Source: an uncultured bacterium
Lineage (GTDB): Bacteria; Babelota; Babeliae; Babelales; Vermiphilaceae
NCBI GenBank assembly: GCA_963719415.1
Contig: OY970383.1
Coordinates: forward strand, 748,100 to 812,099
Length of the DNA stretch: 64,000 nucleotides
Reading direction: 5' to 3'
Within the stretch, counting starts at the first letter, position 1. The number at the start of each line of letters is the position of its first letter. A program made the position numbers and the translations under genes. Below are positions 27,713-37,000 of the stretch, one piece after another. The notes beneath the pieces were generated by a model, which did not search any database, was not told the origin of the DNA, and saw only the letters and a program-made list of their open reading frames with translations.

Positions 27713-28327
27713 CTATAAATAGCAGGAGGAAACAGATGGTAGGCACCTATTTTGGCCACACATAACGAGCAACCTGCTGTACTCTATCCAATACTTTGAA
27801 GGCAAAATTAATTTTAATGCCATTTCCGTCTCTTCTGGGGTTTTTGTTTGAACAATGCCCAGTTGGTTAGAAATACGATGCACATGAGTATCCACACAAA
27901 TAGCTGGCATTAAAAACCCCTCTGCTTGCACCAGATTCATCGTTTTTCTGCCGACACCTGGAAATGATAGCAAATCACTTTCTCCTGAAGGCACACACCC
28001 ATTAAACCTATCTATAAGAATCTCTGCTATGGCTATCAGCTGCTCAGACTTTTTTCTATAAAAACCGACTGGATATATTAATTCTTGAATAAATGAAGGA
28101 GAAAGTTTTTTTAACATCTCTGGGGTTTTGGCGTATTCAAAAAGGCGAATTGAGGCTGGCACCGAGACAGTATCTCTTGTTCTCAGGCTAAGCACACAGC
28201 TAACAAGAGTCAAAAATGGATCTCTGCCATATGTTTTGGTGATCAAAACACCCCCCGGGGGAGCCATATGCCGAGTCGCTTCCCGTAATTTATCCATCAA
28301 AACCGATGTATTTATACCCTTTTCCAA
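27713..28327 (-). CDS. nth: endonuclease III family DNA glycosylase with a truncated Fe-S motif
   Basis: HhH-GPD segment: LLSFPGVGRKTMNLV (catalytic Lys context) and ICVDTHVHRISNQLG (Asp). The C-terminus ends ...CGQNRCLPSVSSCYL. TTG start at 28327, or the internal Met at MDKLREA. Confidence 0.8.
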   Translation of the reverse strand: MEKGINTSVLMDKLREATRHMAPPGGVLITKTYGRDPFLTLVSCVLSLRTRDTVSVPASIRLFEYAKTPEMLKKLSPSFIQELIYPVGFYRKKSEQLIAIAEILIDRFNGCVPSGESDLLSFPGVGRKTMNLVQAEGFLMPAICVDTHVHRISNQLGIVQTKTPEETEMALKLILPSKYWIEYSRLLVMCGQNRCLPSVSSCYL

Positions 28328-28722
28328 GCAATCTCCTTGATATTGGCGAAAAAAAGACCATTTTTACAAATAGCAAAAATATAAAAAATAAAAAAGGATC
28401 ACAAACTAACCCAGCTGTGATCCAATTGTATACTTAACGCTACTCTCATATTTCAAAAAATTCCAACTGCATATTTTTGTCCATATTTTTTTTGTCCTAT
28501 TTGTGAGAACTCAAAATGTATGGTACAGTAAAAATATACAATTATTTTGCAACCGGAGGCATTGGCGCTATGAATAGCGAACTCATGTTATTCAATTTCA
28601 TAAAATATCCTTTAAAATAAAGTTAATGTAAAATAAAGTTAATGGTATAGATACAAACATAAGAAACAGTTTAACACCAACAACTAAAATAGCAATTAAA
28701 AACCCAAGAAGGCTCATAAAGC

Positions 28723-31443
28723 ATGCTCTTATTTTTGACCAATGCAATCAATATTTTGCTCTCTATAATGGACAGCTGGCAATTTTTATTTGCCCTGTAT
28801 GCTATTTCTTTTTTTTTAAAATTGAGTCTGTTTGTATTTTTAGCATATAAAAAAATACAAAATACAAAAACACCCTATCAAGTATATTATCTCATACTTA
28901 TTGTATTTTCTTCTCTTATATGTGATGTTGCATGGCTACTGACTCCATTCAGCAATCATTTAGATTTCCGAATATACAACACTTTAACTCGCCTAGCATG
29001 GATCTTTTTCATTGTGCTTTATCAGATGCTCTCTCTGTTTATAGAACATCTTACTAATACACAATTTATACTTATTACTCGTCAAAAAATATTTTGCTTT
29101 ATAAGCAGCTCTTTAGCTCTAATATATCTCACAATCACTATCATAGATTTTCATTGCTTAAATTTCCATGAGAAACATTGGATTGAAAAAAAATTACCCC
29201 TTGTGATCATGATTTATTTACTCTTCCCCTTAATGATGACCAGTATAGTTAAGGTAATTCAAAAATTACGAACTCAACACATTCCCCTTTTATTAAAAAA
29301 ACAGATAAGACTTTTAATCCTCGGCATCATTGTACCCTTATGGCTTTCTGATTTTTTTCAAATCACGGCACTTTTAATATCCAACCTTGGTGGATGGGTA
29401 GACAACAATTATACTTTTGCTAGCATCAATAACATTTTGATTACGTATGCAATTTTTTACTCCATACGTAAAATTATAAAACTACGTTTTTTAAATCTTA
29501 ATTATACGATAGAATCTCCGATAAATGTTAACTTTATGACTCATTTTAAAACGATCCTTGGGCGGCTTGGCCATGTGGCTAATACCCAAGAGCTCTCCCT
29601 ATTAGTACAAGAATTTTTTAAAGAATCATTTAAAATTCCGTTTAACAAAGTGACGTTACACGTAAGAACCGATCAGGCGCCAACAGAAACTATGCTCATT
29701 ATAGAGAGTTTTCTAGCCTCTCATTCTCATACCGTAAATAAAGAATTTTATAAACATAAAATTGCTATCTATGATGAGATGGAATTCAATAATTTTTATG
29801 AGCAGAACGAATCTCGCAATATAATCATCCAATTTTTATCGAGCATACAAGCCGATATTTTTTTGCCTATTTATGAAAAAGAAAATTTAACTGCCTACAT
29901 TGTGGTAGAAAAAGAAGCACGAACAACCCACTTTTACTCGCAATCAGAACAAGACGAAATGCTTATTTTCACGAGCTATCTGAGCAATATTATTAATCTT
30001 ATAAAAAATCAACCAATAAGCACTCTCCTAGAACAAGAGAAAATACTACAAGAAGAAATTTATAGAAAACACCAAGAAATAAATCAATATAAAGAGAGCA
30101 TTCGATCATTTATTCGCTCTTCAGACCAACAACAAATCGGTATTGTTTTTTATAAAAATCGCCTCTTTTCTTTCGGCAATCAAGCCGCTCAAGAGATGAT
30201 TAAAATCAATCTTAATGCACAAATAGCACACCCCATAGCGCTGGCATTTAAACAGATAGCAACAAACATAGAACAATATAAAACAGCACAAACATGCATG
30301 GCGACTGATCCCGACGGCGGAACAACCTTTGTCCTTTCTGGGATTCCCAACACAGAAAACAACAATAGCATTATTACTGTTTCGTATCCCGATATCGCTG
30401 ATATTATAAAACAACATATTGATAAATTATATAATCCGTCAGAAAGAGACTATCTTCTCTATCTAGAAACAACAAAATCAGGCACTTTAATTAACCAACT
30501 TATTCCCGGCACAGGGGAAGTTTTGCTTAATTTTAAAATCGAACTCCTTAAAACAGCATTAGGTAAGCAAGCAACCCTTCTACAGATGCCTGAAGAAGAT
30601 TTAGAGGCTACTGTAGAACTATTGCATCATATCAGCTTACGAGACACCCTTCACACCATATCCTTACAAAGTCCCTGCAAAACAGCAGATATTGCGATAA
30701 GTCTTTTTGGCATAAATCCTATATTTAATTTAAATACTTCTGAAGCTCCCTTGCTCGACAAATTACATATGACCGGAACAATTTTTATAAAAAATATTCA
30801 CTTTTTAGACCTAGAAACACAAAAATATTTGGCTGAATACATTAGATTTGGTTTTTACAAAATGTTTAAAAGCGAACATAAAAAAATAAGCTCTGTTCGC
30901 ATTATATGTTCTACTGATCAAAACCTTCATGATCTAGTAAAAGAAGGACTTTTTTCTAAAGACCTATTTAATCAACTAAAAAAGACAGCTCTTGTTATGC
31001 CTTCTCTTACTACTTTATCTGAAGAAGAATGGAAAGCTCTGGCTGATACTTTAATCGAACAAGCTCTTGAATCATCTACTTTTAAATCACTCTTTACTCT
31101 TGCTCCCAAAGACAAACATAGACTTATTTTAAATAGATCTTCAAGTCTATCTCAACTCAAAAAAAGAGTACTTTTACTCATTAATAATAAATCTCAGAAG
31201 CATGAAATAGTTGCTGAAACAGCTACCAATATAATTACAGGAACTGCTTTTAAACCAGCAATAGAAATTAACAACCCTGAATTAATTGAAATATCTAGGC
31301 TTGGAAAGCAGGCACTAAAAGATGAATATGCCATGAGTCTATTATGGCAAACGTTTAAAAATCAAAATCAAATTGCTGCTTTTTTAGGCGTTAATCGTTC
31401 GTCTGTTAATCGAAGATGCAAACTGTACAACCTTAATGCGTAA
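28723..31443 (+). CDS. polytopic membrane protein with GAF-like, PAS-like, degenerate sigma54-type AAA+ and Fis-type HTH modules (paralogue A)
   Basis: About 7 hydrophobic helices in the first ~250 aa. AAA+ colinearity with NtrC-family: LIPGTGEVLLNFKIELLKTALGKQATLLQMPEEDLEATVELLHHISLR; GTIFIKNIHFLDLETQKYLAEYI; VRIICSTDQNLHDLVKEGLFSKDLFNQL. C-terminal IAAFLGVNRSSVNRRCKLYNL. Confidence 0.65.
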   Translation: MLLFLTNAINILLSIMDSWQFLFALYAISFFLKLSLFVFLAYKKIQNTKTPYQVYYLILIVFSSLICDVAWLLTPFSNHLDFRIYNTLTRLAWIFFIVLYQMLSLFIEHLTNTQFILITRQKIFCFISSSLALIYLTITIIDFHCLNFHEKHWIEKKLPLVIMIYLLFPLMMTSIVKVIQKLRTQHIPLLLKKQIRLLILGIIVPLWLSDFFQITALLISNLGGWVDNNYTFASINNILITYAIFYSIRKIIKLRFLNLNYTIESPINVNFMTHFKTILGRLGHVANTQELSLLVQEFFKESFKIPFNKVTLHVRTDQAPTETMLIIESFLASHSHTVNKEFYKHKIAIYDEMEFNNFYEQNESRNIIIQFLSSIQADIFLPIYEKENLTAYIVVEKEARTTHFYSQSEQDEMLIFTSYLSNIINLIKNQPISTLLEQEKILQEEIYRKHQEINQYKESIRSFIRSSDQQQIGIVFYKNRLFSFGNQAAQEMIKINLNAQIAHPIALAFKQIATNIEQYKTAQTCMATDPDGGTTFVLSGIPNTENNNSIITVSYPDIADIIKQHIDKLYNPSERDYLLYLETTKSGTLINQLIPGTGEVLLNFKIELLKTALGKQATLLQMPEEDLEATVELLHHISLRDTLHTISLQSPCKTADIAISLFGINPIFNLNTSEAPLLDKLHMTGTIFIKNIHFLDLETQKYLAEYIRFGFYKMFKSEHKKISSVRIICSTDQNLHDLVKEGLFSKDLFNQLKKTALVMPSLTTLSEEEWKALADTLIEQALESSTFKSLFTLAPKDKHRLILNRSSSLSQLKKRVLLLINNKSQKHEIVAETATNIITGTAFKPAIEINNPELIEISRLGKQALKDEYAMSLLWQTFKNQNQIAAFLGVNRSSVNRRCKLYNLNA

Positions 31444-31491
31444 AAATCCAAAAGCTTAATTTGTAATAATACAAAATAATTTGAAATAAAA

Positions 31492-31521
31492 AAGGAGGCT
31501 TTATTTTAAGCCTCCTTTTTT
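31492..31521 (+). terminator. rho-independent terminator after paralogue A
   Basis: aaggaggct (31492-31500), loop ttatttta, agcctcctt (31509-31517), running into a T-tract. Confidence 0.75.
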
Positions 31522-31800
31522 GCACAGTTTCTTCATGTACCCAGATTGCCGCATACATACATTCTTGATAATCTTTTTCTTCATATTTTTTGCTTATTTG
31601 TATTAACCAAAAATGTATGCTAGAGTAGGAGGCGATAAATTAACTTGCTGGCGGAAGTGGAGCACTAAATTTCAAGTCTATGTTGTTCATATTCATAAAA
31701 CCTCTTATAGTAATATTATTAATAATTTATGAAACATGAGAGACAGTCTAGCTATCAAAAACTAAAATAGCAACAAAAACACAAAAAAAGGCCTAGAGTA

Positions 31801-34527
31801 ATGCTATTCTCTTTAACTTTCTTAATTTCTATCATTCAAACTTTAATAAACAGTTGGCAACTCTTGTTTACTATTTATGCAATCTCATTTTCTTTTAAAT
31901 TTAGCCTATTCGGATTTCTAATCTATAAAAAAATCTACTCCACAAAAACTCCCTATCAAATATATCTTCTCATGCTCATTTTATTCTCTTCGCTGATATG
32001 CGATATTGCATGGCTATTAACACCATTTATCAACTATTTAGATTTTCGCATATACAACACTCTATTACGATTAGCCTGGATTTTTACTATTATCCTTTTT
32101 CAAGCTCTCGCTTTATTTATAGAACATCTTACGAGCAAACAATATATATTTATTTTTCGTCAAAAAATATTCTGTTTCATAAGTAGTTTTTTAGTTTCTA
32201 CATACCTAACAATTACTGTTATTGATTTTCATTGCGCAAATTTTAACGAAAAGCATTGGATTGAAATCAAACTATCATCTGTAGTGATTATCTATCAACT
32301 TTTTCTCCTTCTCCTACCCAGCATTTTTAAAACAATTCAAAAACTACAAATGAATAACATTCCACGCTTATTAACCAAACAAGTAAAATTGTTAATAGTA
32401 GGTATTATTATTCCATTTTGGCTTTCTGAATTCTTACAGGCTGCACCACTTCTTTTTAGCCCACAATACTGGATCAACACAAGCTATGCTATTGCAAACA
32501 TCAATAACATTTTAATTACTTATGCCATTTTTTACTCTATACGTAAAATTATTAAGCTGCGGTTTTTAAATCTTAACCATGCTATAGAATCTCCCATAAA
32601 TATTAATTTTATGCCCCATTTTAAAACTATACTTGAACGGCTGGGCCATGTGGCCAATACTCAAGAACTCTCTTTATTAGTACAAGAATTCTTTAAAGAG
32701 TCGTTTAAAATTTCATTTAACAAAGTAACGTTACACATAAGAACAGATTCTAACCCAACAGAAAACATGCTTTTGATAGAAAGCTTTTTAGCCTCACACT
32801 CTAACGCCGTATGCAAAGAATTTTATAAGCATAAAATTATGATATATGACGATATGGTATTCAATAATTTTTATGAGCAAAATGAATCACGTGATATGAT
32901 TGTCCAATTTTTATCCAACATACAAGCAGATATCTTTTTGCCTATTTACGAAAAAGAAAATTTAACCGCCTATATTATTGTAGAAAAAGAAGCACGAACA
33001 ACTCACTTTTACTCACAATCAGAACAAGATGAAATGCTTATTTTTACCAGTTATTTAAGCAATATTATTAATCTTATAAAAAACCAATCAATAAACACAC
33101 TCATAGAACAAGAAAAAATATTACAAGAAGAGCTCTATAGAAAACACCAAGAAATAAATCAATATAAAGAAAGCATTCGATCATTCATTCGTTCTTCAGA
33201 CCAACAACAAATTGGAATTGTTTTTTATAAAAATCGTATCTTTTCTTGCGGCAATCAAGCCGCTCAAGAAATGATTAAAATCAATCCAAATGTGCAAGCA
33301 GGTCATCCTATAGCGCAAGCATTTAAACAGGTAGCAACGAATATAGAACAATATAAAACTGCACAAACTTGCTTAGCAACTGACCCCGACAGTGGAACCA
33401 CTTTTATTCTTTCGGGTATTCCAAACTTAGAGAACAACAATAGCATTATCACTGTTTCATATCCCGCTATTGCAGATACCATAAAACAACACATCGACAA
33501 ACTATATAATCCATCAGAGAGAGACTATCTACTCTATTTAGAAACAACCAAATCAGGCACTTTAATTAATAAACTTATTCCGGGAACTGGCGAAGTTTTA
33601 CTAAATTTTAAAATTGAACTCCTCAAAACAGCATTAGGCCGGCAGGCAACTCTTTTAAGTATTCCTGAGGAAGATTTGGATGCAACGGTCGAGCTATTAC
33701 ACCATATCAGCTTACGAGATACTCTTCATACAATACACATACAAGCTATCTGCAAAACGGCTGATATTGCTATAAGTCTTTTTGGCATAAATCCTATATT
33801 TAATTTAAATACCTCCGAAGCTCCTTTGCTTGAAAAGCTACATATGACCGGAACTCTTTTTATCAAAAATATTCACTATTTAGACCTAGAAACGCAAAAA
33901 TATTTGGCTGAATACATTAGATATGGTTTTTACAAAATGTTTAAAAGCGAACATAAAAAAATAAGCTCTGTTCGCATTATATGCTCAACTGACCAAAATC
34001 TTCATGATCTGGTAAATGAAGGGCTTTTTTCTAAAGACCTATTTAATCAATTAAAAAAAACCACTCTTATCATGCCTTCTCTTGCTACTTTATCTGAAGA
34101 CGAATGGAAAATATTAACACATGCTTTAATCGAACAAACTATTGAATCATCTAGCTTTAAATCACTCTTTACTCTTAGCCCTAAAGACAAACAAAAACTT
34201 GTTTTAAATAGACCTTCTAGTCTATCTCAACTCAAGAAAAGAGTCCTCTTGCTCATTAATAATAAATCTCAAAAACGCGAAATGGATACGGAAATGATTG
34301 GTGAAACAAATGCTAGCACTGCTTTTAATCCCATTAAAGAGATAGAGGAATGTGATAATCCTGAATTAATTGAAATATCCAGACTCGGGAAATTGGCATT
34401 AAAAAATCAGTACGCCATGAATATATTGTGGCAAACTTTTAAAAATCAGAACCAAATTGCTGCGTTCTTGGGCGTTAATCGCTCATCGGTGAATAGAAGA
34501 TGCAAGCTTTATAACCTTAATTCATAA
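31801..34527 (+). CDS. polytopic membrane protein with GAF-like, PAS-like, degenerate sigma54-type AAA+ and Fis-type HTH modules (paralogue B)
   Basis: Alignable end to end with 28723..31443. Same degenerate motifs (ATLLSIPEEDLDATVELLHHISLR; GTLFIKNIHYLDLETQKYLAEYI) and an identical C-terminal HTH. Confidence 0.65.
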   Translation: MLFSLTFLISIIQTLINSWQLLFTIYAISFSFKFSLFGFLIYKKIYSTKTPYQIYLLMLILFSSLICDIAWLLTPFINYLDFRIYNTLLRLAWIFTIILFQALALFIEHLTSKQYIFIFRQKIFCFISSFLVSTYLTITVIDFHCANFNEKHWIEIKLSSVVIIYQLFLLLLPSIFKTIQKLQMNNIPRLLTKQVKLLIVGIIIPFWLSEFLQAAPLLFSPQYWINTSYAIANINNILITYAIFYSIRKIIKLRFLNLNHAIESPININFMPHFKTILERLGHVANTQELSLLVQEFFKESFKISFNKVTLHIRTDSNPTENMLLIESFLASHSNAVCKEFYKHKIMIYDDMVFNNFYEQNESRDMIVQFLSNIQADIFLPIYEKENLTAYIIVEKEARTTHFYSQSEQDEMLIFTSYLSNIINLIKNQSINTLIEQEKILQEELYRKHQEINQYKESIRSFIRSSDQQQIGIVFYKNRIFSCGNQAAQEMIKINPNVQAGHPIAQAFKQVATNIEQYKTAQTCLATDPDSGTTFILSGIPNLENNNSIITVSYPAIADTIKQHIDKLYNPSERDYLLYLETTKSGTLINKLIPGTGEVLLNFKIELLKTALGRQATLLSIPEEDLDATVELLHHISLRDTLHTIHIQAICKTADIAISLFGINPIFNLNTSEAPLLEKLHMTGTLFIKNIHYLDLETQKYLAEYIRYGFYKMFKSEHKKISSVRIICSTDQNLHDLVNEGLFSKDLFNQLKKTTLIMPSLATLSEDEWKILTHALIEQTIESSSFKSLFTLSPKDKQKLVLNRPSSLSQLKKRVLLLINNKSQKREMDTEMIGETNASTAFNPIKEIEECDNPELIEISRLGKLALKNQYAMNILWQTFKNQNQIAAFLGVNRSSVNRRCKLYNLNS

Positions 34528-34639
34528 AAAATCATAATTTTCAAAAATCTCAAAATATAGTATTATCAAAATTATTACTGAATATGATAAAAAAAATAAT
34601 AAAAATACAATTTTACCCATAATATAGGAAGAACTTATA

Positions 34640-34945
34640 ATGTTATATGGATTACTTACTGCTGGCTACGTACTCGTGTGCATTCTCCTTATTTTTTTAA
34701 TTCTTATCCAAAAAGGCAAAAGCAGTACCGGCTTTGGAGCTTTTGGTCAAGGAAGTAAAGTTCTTTTTGGTGGATCAGGCGGACAAGATATTTTTCAAAA
34801 AATGACTTGGTTCCTCGGTGCTATCTTTATGTTCGGATCTCTTGCTCTGTCTATTAGCAAAACAAAACAAACTCAAACGCTAAGCTACTCAAATTTGCTT
34901 AACAAAGATATTCCTACACAATCTGATACACCATCTAATTTTTAA
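34640..34945 (+). CDS. secG: preprotein translocase subunit SecG
   Basis: 101 aa, two TM segments, LILIQKGKSS...FGGSGGQD...KMTWFLGAIFM. Confidence 0.85.
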   Translation: MLYGLLTAGYVLVCILLIFLILIQKGKSSTGFGAFGQGSKVLFGGSGGQDIFQKMTWFLGAIFMFGSLALSISKTKQTQTLSYSNLLNKDIPTQSDTPSNF

Positions 34946-34968
34946 TACATTTCATAGATGTTGCTGCT

Positions 34969-35002
34969 GCCTAAGCCCGCGCTATGGGGGCTTAGGCTTT
35001 TT
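34969..35002 (+). terminator. rho-independent terminator after secG
   Basis: gcctaagccc (34969-34978) pairs with gggcttaggc (34988-34997), followed by ttttt. Confidence 0.8.
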
Positions 35003-35147
35003 AAGCAAATAACATTAAATCATAATTTTTCTAACTCAAAAATACCTAAACACAATATTCTATCTATATCTTATCCCGCTAAATTTTGTTAGCATAAAAG
35101 AATCTAAGCATGTTATATCTATAAAATTATATCTATAAATCAGGATA

Positions 35148-35930
35148 TTGATGGTCGTAGATTTTGTTAATTTAATTGGCTCTACTGTTATTTCTTTCTC
35201 CAGCTCTATAGGAGTTTTTGTCCTTTTTTTAACAAAAGCTATCAGAGCATTACTAACCAACAGACTCTCATTCAAAAAACTAATCTCATATATGTATTCT
35301 ATTGGTGTAGAATCAATTAATATTGTGGTCCTTACGGGAACATCCACGGGCATGGTGTTTGCGCTGCAAACGTATATCGGTTTTCAACGAGTGGGAGGAG
35401 AGCAGTTTCTTGGAGCAGTAGTAGCTCTCGGCATGATTAGAGAATTAGGTCCTGTGCTAACCGGACTCATGATTACCGGTCGAGCTGGCTCGGCAATTGC
35501 GGCTGAAATAGGCACTATGAATATTACTGAACAACTCGATGCTCTCCGTACGCTACAAATTAATATTTATCAATACTTGGTGGTTCCTCGTATTATTGGC
35601 AGTATCATTATACTCCCTTGCATGGCCATTATTGCTATGATGTGTGGTATTGTTGGTGGTTATATAATAGCTGTTCATGTATTAGGGCTCAGCCCAGAAG
35701 ATTATACAACAAGCATTAGAAATTTTGTAGAGCTTTCTGACATCAAAGGCGGCCTTATTAAATCATCTGTCTTTGGACTTATTTTAAGTTGGGTTGGTAC
35801 CTATAAGGGATATTATACAAAAGGCGGAGCTCGTGGTGTTGGCATTGCCACCACACAAAGCGTTGTCCTTAGCTCAAGCTTGATTTTAATCAGTAATTAT
35901 TTTTTAACCAAATTATTAGAACATATGTAA
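35148..35930 (+). CDS. mlaE: MlaE/YrbE-family ABC transporter permease
   Basis: GGEQFLGAVVALGMIRELGPVLTGLMITGRAGSAIAAEIGTMNITEQLDALRTL is the family's hallmark segment. Multiple TM helices. Confidence 0.85.
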   Translation: MMVVDFVNLIGSTVISFSSSIGVFVLFLTKAIRALLTNRLSFKKLISYMYSIGVESINIVVLTGTSTGMVFALQTYIGFQRVGGEQFLGAVVALGMIRELGPVLTGLMITGRAGSAIAAEIGTMNITEQLDALRTLQINIYQYLVVPRIIGSIIILPCMAIIAMMCGIVGGYIIAVHVLGLSPEDYTTSIRNFVELSDIKGGLIKSSVFGLILSWVGTYKGYYTKGGARGVGIATTQSVVLSSSLILISNYFLTKLLEHM

Positions 35931-35955
35931 AAAATAGCATGTGCAAAAAAATAGC

Positions 35956-36747
35956 ATGACACAAACAACTCCAAAAATAGCAATAAAAATAGTTGATCTT
36001 AAAAAAAAATTTGGCGACAAATTTGTAACTAATGGAGTTAATTTAGAAATTCCTGCAGGTAAAATGACGGTAATTCTCGGAAAATCTGGAGAAGGAAAAT
36101 CTGTTCTTTTAAAGCAGATTATTGGACTTTTAAAACCAACGTCAGGGAATATATTTGTCAATGGTGTTGATTTTGCAACCCTAAGTGAATCAGAGTACAA
36201 TGATCAGCTAAACAAATGTGGCTACGTATTCCAATTTGCAGCTCTTCTTGATTCTCTTAATGTATTAGAAAATATAGGGATCACTCTTTTTGAAAAAAAT
36301 GTTAAACAAGAAACTATTCTTTCTCTCGTTAAAGAAAAATTAAATCTTGTTAATCTCTCTGAAGATACACTCTACAAATATCCTTCTGAATTATCGGGTG
36401 GCATGAGAAAACGCGTAGGCCTTGCACGAACCCTGATAACAAATCCCGACATCATTCTTTATGATGAACCAACAACAGGACTCGATCCAATTACCGCACG
36501 CATTATTCATGAACTTATGTACCGCATGCAACAGGAATTAAATATAACTTCTGTTGTTATATCTCATGATATTGAAATTTTTAAATATGCTGATTATATA
36601 GCCCTACTTCACGAAGGAGTTATCAAATATTTTGGTCCAGCAAATACCATCTGGGAATCAAAAAACGAATATATCTACCAGTTTATTCGTGGCCTGTCTG
36701 ATGGTCCAATTCAAAAAGATATTGCCCATTCAAAAAACAGAATATGA
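35956..36747 (+). CDS. mlaF: MlaF-like ABC transporter ATP-binding protein
   Basis: Walker A GKSGEGKS, signature LSGGMRKRVGLAR, Walker B ILYDEPTTGLD. Directly follows mlaE. ATG 35956 preferred over GTG 35941. Confidence 0.85.
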   Translation: MTQTTPKIAIKIVDLKKKFGDKFVTNGVNLEIPAGKMTVILGKSGEGKSVLLKQIIGLLKPTSGNIFVNGVDFATLSESEYNDQLNKCGYVFQFAALLDSLNVLENIGITLFEKNVKQETILSLVKEKLNLVNLSEDTLYKYPSELSGGMRKRVGLARTLITNPDIILYDEPTTGLDPITARIIHELMYRMQQELNITSVVISHDIEIFKYADYIALLHEGVIKYFGPANTIWESKNEYIYQFIRGLSDGPIQKDIAHSKNRI

Positions 36748-36750
36748 TTT

Positions 36751-36790
36751 TTAAAAAATTAGCTCTTTAAAAAATTAGCTCTTTAAAAAA
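36751..36790. repeat. tandem repeat, 2.5 x 16 bp (ttaaaaaattagctct)
   Basis: Copies at 36751-36766 and 36767-36782, then a partial copy. Lies immediately after the mlaF stop. Confidence 0.85.
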
Positions 36791-37000
36791 ATATGTATTA
36801 TAAAAAATATACATGTCTAAATTTTAACGCTCATAACACAAAATAAAAATGGGAGCGACAATGGCCGCCCCCACAAAACACAATTTACTATACATAATAT
36901 ATAATAAAACCCGACAAACTATTTAATCTCACCTTATTTTACATAAAAAAATATTTTCATAAATTTGACACAATTCAAACAAAATTTAAAAAAAACTATT

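Noticed and set aside
28540-28580. Sigma54 (-24/-12) promoters upstream of the two NtrC-like paralogues (tggcgctatgaatagc; tggagcactaaatttc)
   Set aside because: In the first, the GG-to-GC spacing is off by one from TGGCAC-N5-TTGC. The second lacks the -12 GC. They are not conserved between the duplicated upstream regions.
28527-28640. Small conserved upstream ORFs (34 and 39 codons starting atgtatg...) ahead of each regulator paralogue
   Set aside because: The nucleotide similarity between the two copies contains indels that break the reading frame, so the encoded peptides are unrelated. Conservation is at the DNA/RNA level, not as a coding sequence.
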